From the NCBI RefSeq assembly GCF_036321535.1, contig NC_087447.1:50222001-50286000 (forward strand): 64,000 nt of DNA, read 5' to 3'. The first letter of the stretch is position 1. Each line of letters opens with the position of its first letter. Made by a program: the position numbers and the translations under genes. Below are positions 53,862-64,000 of this stretch, piece by piece. The notes beneath the pieces were generated by a model. The model was given only the letters and a program-made list of their open reading frames with translations. It had not been told where the DNA came from and did not search any database. Source of the stretch: Camelus dromedarius (Eukaryota).

Positions 53862-55120
53862 GACCTAGAATGATTTGTTTTTCTGACTAGACACTGGCTG
53901 ATAAAGTAGTTGACATGGAAAGTGGTTGTGGGAAACAGACTCTCAAACATGGGACTCTGGGATTGTTCTATGACCAGACTGGCCTTGAATTCAGCGATGA
54001 CCTCATTGCCAGTGGAAAGTGGGATGCAGTGTCAGGGAAGAACCCTAACCTCATGGAGGATAGCAAGGAGTAACAGGACTCCAGGTTGGTTTGCCACACT
54101 TCACAGGTCCTGGAAGTTCAGTGGATCAGAGAAAGACAGTTTATTTCCAGCACCAAAACAGAGGAGCAATACCATGGTACAGCTGGCTTCCTGGCCTTCA
54201 AGACAAGGGGCCCAGCTGGCAGCTACACAAGCAGTGGAGTTGCACTGTCACTGAGCATACCTGGTCCAGGGCTCGGAACCTTTTATAGCAAGCGACCAAT
54301 GAGCCAGTCCCCTTCCCCTAGGGAGTGAATAGTTGTACAGCCATCGTGCTGTGCTTACTGTGACCTACTTAACTGCCTTTAGACTAGCTACAGACATAAC
54401 CCAGAGTCTGAGCATAGTTAGGCCTTGCAGTTTGACACACTCAACAAGGATGTACAGGGAACTTTGGGGGCCCTGATGGACTGCCTCTTCCTGTAACTAG
54501 TAATCCATGACTTGCGACAGCAAAAGAGTTACTTAAACTATCACCTGTGAGTACCTGGTATGAAATGCCTGTTAAAGGCCAGTCCTTGGGAGACCAAATT
54601 GCTGCTGAAGTGATTCTTATGGTGGGAATTGTGACTACAAGGGTTTTGAGATGGGTTGGATGCTTCTGATTGTACTGGAATGCCTACTGAAAGAAATTTA
54701 CAATCTCAAAGTTCTGAACTCTCAGTTCTAGGCACATTCAGAGAAACTGAGAGTTTCTAGTATGGTTTTAAAATAATTATTTTTACCTGTTATCGCCTCA
54801 GGACTAATATTATTGAAAATCACACCCAAACTTTGATCCTGTGGCTGCAGAATTATAATACTAGTGGAATTCATAGGTTCCCCAGATTTCTTAGATGAAA
54901 GTTAGGGTGTGAATGGGAAGGAATGGAATCGTAGAGACTTGGAATGGAGACATTTGGTTAGGCTCAGGAAAATAAGAGAATCTGAAATGCCTAAATCCTC
55001 CTGAGCTCCAGAAAAAATAAAAAAGCTTATGGTTCTCTTTTCTATCTATCTATCTAATTTTGGGGGGGAAGCATAAGAATGTGACAAAGTTTTTTAAAAA
55101 AATCAATCCTTGCATATAGA

Positions 55121-55160
55121 TGTGTGTGTGTGTGTGTGTGTATGTGTGTGTGTGTGTGTG
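55121..55160. repeat. (TG)n microsatellite, one interruption
   Basis: Seen directly. Confidence 0.95.
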
Positions 55161-57213
55161 TTGTGAGAGAGGAAGACAGAGAGCAGAGAGAGAGCACACA
55201 TGTGCATTAAGGCATCTATACCCCCCTAAGACCACTCAGGACCCCTATGCTTAAAGAAGGAATGTACATACTGAAAGCTCTTTCCAAGTCAAATGAATCT
55301 AGGTCTCCTATCTCCTCCAAATCACTTTCACTCTACGTCCAGCTCAGCCTGTTAGCATAATAGAGGCAAGCAAGGTCCGTGTGGAAACACAAAATTCCCA
55401 ATCATAAATCTGTTGGCCTTAGAAGCATTCACAGCCTCTTGCCAAGTCTGATTTCAATCCTCCTCTTGAGGGCCTACATTTCCCTCTCCCATTTGTTCCA
55501 CACTTTTATTGTTTGTTTATTGAAATGCTCCACTTGTTGGAAGCCTCCCAAGGAAGTAAGTCATCATGCTATTTTGTTATGGTTGGGATTCTGTGGGTAA
55601 AGAAGGAGGGGAGGTAAATGTGGTGCGTTTTGGGGCTCCACATGACACCTATGGCAACTTCATGAGAAACTGCAGAGCTCTCCTTCACTGATAAGACTTC
55701 GGTGCAGTGATAATACTTCAACATGCTACTTATCTGAAGGTAGAGCAATGAATAAATTGGGGGACTCTGCCCTCAACTCATGGTCTTACAATCTAGTGGG
55801 AAAGACAGAGAAGTAGAAGACAATCACCATCCAGGGATATCAGTGCAGTGAGAGAAGTAAGTACAAGGTGCTTCAGGATCACTTGAGTCATGGGTAGGAG
55901 GTGGAGAAAGAGGAGATGCTTTCCCAAACCTCCTCCTGAAGGATGACTAGGGGTTTTCCAGGCAAGGATGGGAGAGGGGTTGACACTGATCCTGGCAGAG
56001 GAAGTAACATATGCAAAGGCTTGGAGGGAAGAGACAGTATGTCTCTTCAGGGATGGCAGGTCATTCTAATCAATCAGTGACCAAAATTTGAAGGGAAAGT
56101 GATGGAAGATGAAGCTGCACAGGTGAGCAGGGCCACCTGTTCTGAAGGAGTTTTAGGTGTATCAGTGACACAATCAGTTTTCTTTGTTGGAAATGTCATT
56201 CTGGAGGATGACATGGGAGCAGAGAGGCCAGTTAAGAGGCTGCTGCATTACTCTAGGCTGCATTACTTGGACAGATGGTGGAGGCTTGAAACAGGGTGGT
56301 GGTAGAGGGAATAGAAAAGCATGTAACAATTTCAGGGCATTTAAAAAGTAGAATTGGCAGATCTTAATAACCTATTAGCCATAAGGAGTGAGAGAGAGGG
56401 AAGGATCCAGGGTGAGCCCAGGTTTACGGCCTGGCTAACTGGATGTCCTCATAAGTGTGAACAAATAAGAGGTTCAAATGAGCGCTCTAGGAACTCAGAG
56501 GCTAGAGAGATCACTGAGGAGGGATGCGGGAGGTGTCGTTAACTGAGCAGGTTAAGGGGGAAAGATGGGTCAGTGGATGGGTTTTGGCATCAGAGAGACA
56601 TGGGTTCAAATCTCTGCTCTGCCATTAACTTGCTTTGTGATCCAGACTGAGATCTTATTCTCTGAGCTTCAATATCATCATGGGTAAACACTGGGATAAG
56701 GCTAATTTCTATCTCTGCTGGGAAAATTTAGTTTGAAAAAGTATAAGCTTTGGACAGGTTAATTATCCCTGTCTTTAAGTGTATATGTGCACGAATTTAC
56801 CTCCTCTAATCAATCAGCAGATAGTTATTGAGTACTTATAAGAACACAGGCACCGTTTATCAAGCCTCACTCAATTTGACAAGAATTATGTATAGCCACC
56901 ATCTAATTTAACCTTTACCATAACTCTATGAAATGGATTTTATATTATCATCCCCATTCTACAGGGGAGGAACATGATATTCAAAGAGAGGTAAAGAGCT
57001 TTGCCTAAGGTCATGCTGCTAGTTAGTGGTAGAGCTGGGATGGGAACCTGGGTCTGCCAAAGGTATAGTCCCAGGTGCTGTGGAGACGATGGTTCTTGCC
57101 CATCAAGCTCCCTTCCTAAGCTGAGGACTCAAAGGCCAAGAAGTGAGATCTACTCTTGGTGGTGGATGGGTTATTGGTCTTAGGCCATCAAACCCTTGAG
57201 TAAGGGAGGCCTC

Positions 57214-57230
57214 CAGTGCCCTCTAGGGGC
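57214..57230 (-). promoter_or_regulatory. Candidate CTCF site
   Basis: GCCCCTAGAGGGCACTG matches CCASYAGRKGGCRS at 13 of 14 positions. Confidence 0.45.
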
Positions 57231-57709
57231 AAAAGCACCAGAGCAGTGAGCCACTTGGCAGGAATCATTGTCTTACAGGGTCTCCTGACACAAAGGGAGA
57301 ACTACTGGGCCTAAGTAACTGTTCCTGAAGAATTAGGGTCAGCAAATTAATATGCACAATCACAACTATAGAACATTAAATACGAACTGCTTCTAGTGCT
57401 CATGCTTTTGATTTTTTCAGGCTAAGGTCAACCCCAGAAACCTTTGTTGGAGACCTCAGCATGCTGTCCAAGTCCTCTGGCAATAATTATGTACGATTCT
57501 AATAAATAGCTACATTTACTAAGCACCAAAGACTTTACATATGCCATCTCACTTAATTTTTATAACTATCCAAGAAATTAGTTAATTCTATTCCCATTTA
57601 CCAATGAGAAAATAGGTACTCTAGGGTAGACACGACTTGAATATGTTTACACAGTTAATAAGAGTTAGTGACAACAATAGCTGACGTATATTTAATGCCA
57701 GATTCCATA

Positions 57710-58295
57710 CTGTAACACAACCTGTTGGTTGTCTATACAGCAAGCATCCTACACCTTCTCTGCTCACAGAATCTGAGTTTTGTTCAGATATCCATCCCTC
57801 AGAAAAAGGGACTCGATCTTCAGTATGACTGGCCAGGTCAATCATGGTGAGCCTATTCCATTGTGTCGGTGACTGGATTAGAGGCAGGCTTGTGACCCAG
57901 CTCTAGCCAAGGATGTGAGAGGGGCATCAATGAGGAAGTAGCATATGCAAAGACTTTGAGGGGAGAGACAATGTGTTCTATGACAACACCAGGGAAAGGT
58001 TTGCTTACTGTTAAAAAAACACAAAAGAGATGACCCTCTTGTGCTTTTGCATATTGCAGTGTCAGAATGTGATGTCTGGAACTGTGGTAGTCATCTTATG
58101 ACCATGAGGAAGGCCAGCCTAGGAAAGCCTACTAGTTGAGGCTGGAAGAGCATAAAGATAGAACAAATCTGAGTCCTTGATGAGCTAACTAATCCTAGAT
58201 CTTCCCTACTTCTAGACTTCTTCTTCTGGGAGATAACAAATTTTCCTTATTATTTCAGCCATTTTGAGTTTTTGTTACTTGCAGCTAAACATGTA
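57710..58295 (+). mobile_element. MaLR LTR (MLT1J/K-like)
   Basis: GCTTGTGACCCAGCTCTAGCCAA...TTTTTGTTACTTGCAGCTAAACAT typical of MLT1. Confidence 0.65.
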
Positions 58296-61200
58296 TTTTA
58301 TCATTTGTCACCAGAAGTCATTGAGGATGGTGTTATTGTCCCCACTTTGCATATTAGAAAATGAAGGCTCAGGGAAGTTGGGTAATTTGTTCTTAGTCAC
58401 AGAGGCAGGAAAAGGTAGAATAGTATCTGAACTTAGCTCTGCCTAACTCCAGAGCCAGAGTTTTTAACCACATCATATTAAACAAGACAGTGAAAACCAA
58501 ACCTAGTCTGGCTGGCTCCAAAGACAATGATTGTTCTTCCACATTTCATTGCCTCCCAATTTCTGGGATGAAATTCTCAGAAAATTGAATCCATGATGTG
58601 AGGTACTTAAAATATGATGGCTCCCATTAAGTAAGAAGGGGCAGCCACAGGATGCAAGGCAGGATGGTGGCAATTGAGAGGGACCTAGACACATGAGTTG
58701 GCTTGACCTGAGTCCCTCGTTACCAGCAGACTGGCCTTTCTTGCCACTAGGGCTTGAGAACATCTCCCATAGGGGACAGTCTGGCCTCCAATGAGACACA
58801 GCTGGACTAACTCTGACGCTTTTGTATATAAAATTCCTTTCTTACCTCTAGTATTTAGTTCTACCTGGAAGAACCTAACTAACTTCCAACTGCCCCAGTA
58901 GGAAATTACATGGCATCATCCCCTGGCAGGGAAGTAGGAATCTCAGGAAGGAATTCTTATTATCAAATGCAGGATTAGACAAAATAACAGCCAAGATCAT
59001 TCGTTTGCTGATGAGTCTAGGATTGCCTGAAGGGTACCAAGAAGACTCTCTTCTGAATCTACCAAAAAGATATGGCGGGAAGGGGAAACACGATCAAAGT
59101 CTTTCTGAGCATTTTGCACTTATCAGGCCCTGTCCAGGACATGGTGAAACAGAAGGATATATATGACCTCTGTTGTCAAAGCTTAATCTAGCAAGAAGGC
59201 TGGAGTATGGGCCATGTAATTAAAATAAAGAGACCATGCCCAGGGTTTGACAAGGAAAATACAGTGTGTGGTAGGAACCTCAAAGCAAGCAAGCAAGCAA
59301 GAGGTGGCAAGAAGAGGTGGCATGTGACTGGAGCCATCAGGGATGTTGAAGCTGGCTTTAAGGTGAGATCTGTAGAATGGGTGGGCATTAGATGGGTGGA
59401 AATGGGCAGAGAGCAAAGAATAGAAGATTCCAGGCAAGAAAGCTCCATATCTGTAGAGAATAGCAAGTGTTATTCTGGCTGTGTTTGGTGTTTATAGTGG
59501 GAGATAAGCCTAGAAAAGCATTTGGGGTCATTCTGAGAAAGGTCCAGCATGCTAGGGCAGATGACTTGGCTTGAATTTGGTAGGAAATGAGGAGCCAAAG
59601 AAGACTTTTGATCAGAAACACAATATACTTAGCATTATGCCTTAGCATACATTAATTCAACAGGTACAAGCAGAATTGGTGTGGGAAAAGACGGCACTCA
59701 GGGAGATCAATTTGAAGATTTGAGGGATCCCTTCTCCCTGACCACCTAGTGAAGGCTCTGCTCTCTGACTACCACAGCCCAAGTGTCTTGCATGCTGTGG
59801 AAAGGCAGCTTCAATGGCCTGGGAAGAAACTCACACCTCACTTGGAGGGTTCCCGCCCAGCTCAAGGCTCACACATGTCATGGTGGATGCAGTGGAGGTG
59901 CTGACAGAGCCAGAGGACCAGGATCAGTTACACAGGGAGAGGAGGTAAGACTGCCAGAGCCAAGCTGCAGAGAATTATCACTGAAGACAGAAGGCCCCAA
60001 AGGAGCTCAAGGCAGCCTCTCAGCCAGCTGCGAAGCACTCAGAGCAGGACTTCCAGGTTCTGGGAAGCCTGGAGGCCATAGATAGTACTTGGAAGTGCAG
60101 TGCAGTCAGTCAGTCCCAGGATGTGAGGACCAGGGGGGTTTCTGAAGGATACAGTAACCCTCTTACCGAGAAGCCGCACCAGTTCTGCATGATTACTGGG
60201 AGCAGCTTGGTCTTCTGGCTCTAGATCTGGGAGTGAGGGTTGCGCTGCATTTCCTCCACGCTGTCACTGGCTGCAGAGAACTCCTGCCACTAGCTGCCTT
60301 TGGGCCACGGACAAGCCCTTTTCTGAGTCCTCTCAATTTCTTTCTACTTGATTCATCACCTACTTGAGGCTCTGAGAGTCAATGTTGGCGTCTCTTCGAC
60401 ACGCTCTGGCCAGACACGCACATGTCTCCTACACCTTCTTTAAGACTAGCACTCCCGGCACATTCCTTCTTGATGGCCTGTGAACATTGCAAGGTTTTAT
60501 AAAAAGTAAGGCGGCCCCATGAAGTCATCACTCTTTATATAGCAAACCCTGCAGGTAACATTAAATGAGTGAAGGGGCCTGGGTTTAAGAGAAAGTTGCC
60601 ATTCTCCAATAGACACACATTTCTTCACAGCCACAAAGAAACATGCTATTCTCTCTTTTTTGGAATGCCTGGCCCTTGTGGTCTAACTTTCATTTCCCCC
60701 TCCTTTTCACAGAGACATGGGCACTAAGAAATATTTCTTCCCTTAAAGAAAAACAAGAGTGCAAGTGGGATGACAGAGGGTGTGGTAGAGACTAGCAAGT
60801 TATAAAACATGTCTGGCATCTAAGGACAAACAACACAGCTTATGTGAGAATGAGCGCCTGGTGTGGCCAGATCTTCTGATTTTTCAACAGAAGCTGGAGA
60901 TCCAGAATTTTATGTGAACTCTCCCAATTTTAAAACGTTGGCTTATTTCCCTCCACTTCCCGACTATGCTCGCATGCTCCTCCCACCACACTAACCACCT
61001 GCAGCACCCCAGATGTGCATCTCTCCTGTCCTCACACCTCTGCAATGCTGGTTTCTGTCTGCATTGCCTCTCTCTGCCTGGAAATCTCTTCAGCAATTTC
61101 TCAAGATTCAGATCAAACTACACTTCCTTCTGACAGCTACCCTTCCCTTTGTAAGATTAGACACTCTTCATTATTTCTCTGCTCCCACAGTACCCTGAAC

Positions 61201-62009
61201 GTTTTACCCCACTATTCTGGAATTGCTTATTTCCTTATCTGGTGTTCGCCAGCCTGAGAACTCCCTGAAGGTAGAGACTTTCAGAGTCTCTAACCTGAGA
61301 ACCTAGGGTAGGGAGGTGAGAAATATGCCAAAAAAGTAAAAATAGTTTAATCAGAGGTGAAAATAAAAATTCAAACAAGATAGAGAACGCGAGGCCTGAA
61401 CATTTCAAGTAATAAGTCCAAGAGGTGATAGTAGGTGATAAAGGGAAGACAAGCCCTGGAGTCAGGAATCAGGACAATTAAAACAGTTGGGAAGTGGAAC
61501 GGTTTAAGACAAAAGCTCTGAATGAAGTAAGGGTGTCTGGAGCCTGTTTTTACAGGGTGCTGAAAGTGTGACAGGGACAGAGATGGGTCTCACTGCCTTA
61601 ATGTCTTTGTGCTGGGCTCCACTATTAGCTTGATAGTCAAGAGGTCCTCTTCTCCATTTCAAGGATTCATTCTCAGCAAGCATCTGTTGAGCAGCTATTC
61701 TGTGCCAGGCTCTGTTATGTACCACAACTATGAAGAGGAATCAGATACAATTTCTGCACTTGAGCTTGTGGTCTGGTGGAGGAAATGGACACATAAATAG
61801 ATAATGACAAAAAGATGAAATAAATGCTACAATAGAGAGAAGCACAGGGAGCTATGACAGCACAAAGCAAGGGCTCCTGATCCATTAAGGTCCAGAAATG
61901 TAACTTACCTGAGGTCATACAGCTAAGGAGGATTAGAACCCAGGCCTGTTAGACTTAAAAGCCTACTCTTTTTCTACTGTAGAAAACTGGAAGAAGACAG
62001 AAATGACTT

Positions 62010-62535
62010 TGTGGTGATGGAGGAAATTTATGTGTGTCAGCTTGGTTAAGCTGTAACTGTATGGCTCTAGGTTAAACTCAGTTAAAAAAGAATAAATCCT
62101 TGAGATTTGGGAAGCAGAAGTGAATCAACAGCCATTGCTCTCTGAAGTCATGTGGCTTAGTTATAGCAACAGCAGACATGGAGGTGCCAGCAGGTTCTAG
62201 CTTGTCTTCACTCTCCTTCACTCCACATCCAGCTCTTCCCCAGTGCTGACCCTGCTGGCCAACAGTAGCTCCAAGCCCACCAGCAGATATTTGGCTGTGC
62301 ACCCACAGACTTCTGCCTTAGGCTTCTCCATCAGCTCCCTCATCACAGCCCCATTCGGCAGCTGGGTGTGCTTGGTTTCTTCTGGGATTGACTGGTTGGT
62401 GACTCCACTGATTCCTGCCCCCTCCACTTTCCGAGTTGCACTGCCCCAGCTCCTCCCACAATTCCTATAATAAATCCTTCATCCTATAATTCATAGTAGT
62501 TCTGCTTCCTTAGTTGAGTGTTGACTCAAATACTA
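62010..62535 (+). mobile_element. ERVL LTR (MLT2-like)
   Basis: TGTGGTG...TTTATGTGTGTCAGCTTGGTTAAGCT start; AATAAATCC...GTTCTGCTTCCTT...TGACTCAAATAC end. Confidence 0.65.
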
Positions 62536-64000
62536 TGCTTTTCCCAAGGATGAAAATAATTGAATAGATAGAACAGACTAAGGTTAAAAGTCTACCTTCA
62601 CCAGTATCTTCATAACTCCAACGCCTCTGCACTTAGTAGTAAGTAGTTCAGTAAATACTTGTTAAATTGGAATGACTTTTTAGGTTGCTTCCAGTTCACT
62701 GGTACAGATATTACTGCAAAGAACAGTTTCTGGGGAAGCAAATTTTTTGTTGTTGTTTTTTGTTTTTGCTTCTTTTAATTTTTTTCCTGGGATCAATGCT
62801 AAGTATGGAGTCCTTTATGGGTCAGACTCGGAAGTTTTGACTCAGGGCAATATCTGTTGTGTTGGCTGTATGTGTTCATTTCCTGGGGTACAACAGATTT
62901 TCCTCTGGTTTCAAGTTTCCTCTTTTTCCCTCACCCTCTATCCTTGCAAAAACAGAAAAACTTCACTCTTGAGCATTTTCTCCAAAGTATTTCACACTCT
63001 AATCAGATCAGCAACATATATATTATATGTATAAATATGTATATATTATATTAAGTTACCCTTATGGGAATGCCCCTCTGGCTGGGCTGAGTTTGGAAGT
63101 GAGAGAAACAAAGACGTCTGGAAGTGGAGGCGTTGCTCACTTGAACTGGACAGACAGCAATCAACGCTGAACCACTTAATTGCAGGGGAATTTCCTCCTT
63201 GCTACTTAGACCATTCAGCTCTGGGGTTGGGAGAAGACATGTTACATGCTCACTTCGCCTCCTGGAAAGCAGGGTTAAATGTTGTTTCAATTAGACAACC
63301 ATTTATGGAATGTCTGCTCTAAGCTAGTCCCTAATGTAGTTGCTGGATATACTGCCCTTGAGGCATTTTCAGCCAAAAGGGGAGGGAAAGACAATGAGTT
63401 ATAGCACAAGTCAGCTTATACCCAGTGCTAAAAAACAGGCATAAACAAAGCACTATGGAACAGAGGAGGGAACAATCATAGTTGAGGAGGGAGTGGTGGG
63501 GCAGGGGAAAGAAGTTTAATGGAAATGTTAAAGAATGTATAGGCAGAGGGACCTAACATTTTAAAGCCCTGAGCTGGGTTTCAGGGAGGAGAGCTAACAG
63601 GTACTGATCATTGTGCTGTGCTGGCCACTGAGCTGGGCCCCAAAAATATATTATCATATTAAATCTTCCCTAAAACCCATCTGGAGGAAACCAAGGCACA
63701 AAAAAGTGAGGTAACTTGTTCAAGAACTTGAAAGAGGTTAAACTGGATTCAAACCCAAATCTTTCTGACTTCCAAGAACATGCCCTGCTCCCATTTGTGC
63801 TTGGAGAATTATTTTCCAAAGACATTTGAGATGAACTATAAAGAATAAGAAGGATTTTGAGAGGCTTCAAAAGGCAAAGGGGTGGGAGAAGGGGTGGGGT
63901 AAATGCATTCCAGGCAGAGGAAGAATGGAAGGAGAACACGGCAGAGCATTAAGGTGCCAGGCCCACCTGGGGAACCTCAGGCAGTCTGGGGTGACTGTGG

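Noticed and set aside
46000..64000. Exons of a further gene such as EMSY, the downstream neighbour in human
   Set aside because: No second CpG island and no recognisable coding exon; the region is mostly MIR/L2/LTR relics

Overview
Mammalian genomic DNA, most likely a camelid, judged from three tRNA(Ala)-derived Vic-1-like SINEs and cetartiodactyl-type L1 3' ends. Two protein-coding genes sit head-to-head on one CpG island (~24.6-25.8 kb). THAP12/PRKRIR is on the - strand, with 5 coding exons (24879-24967, 15452-15572, 12005-12112, 8087-8123, 4646-6579) giving 762 aa: a THAP zinc finger plus an apparently inactive hAT-like transposase. GVQW3 is on the + strand (25960-26592, 210 aa), a truncated mariner transposase whose first catalytic Asp is replaced. 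Both genes are transposase-derived and known, but GVQW3 is poorly characterised. The rest is intron or intergenic DNA rich in L1, L2, MIR, LTR and DNA-transposon relics. The most interesting signals are (i) the two domesticated transposases sharing a ZNF143/NRF1 bidirectional promoter, (ii) a fossil of the mariner C-terminal half at ~45.6-45.9 kb, (iii) a possible very decayed PNMA-like Gypsy gag-protease relic at ~28.5-30.8 kb, and (iv) a nested GC-rich stem structure abutting the THAP12 start codon. Repeat family names come from recognition by eye and need RepeatMasker/Dfam confirmation.
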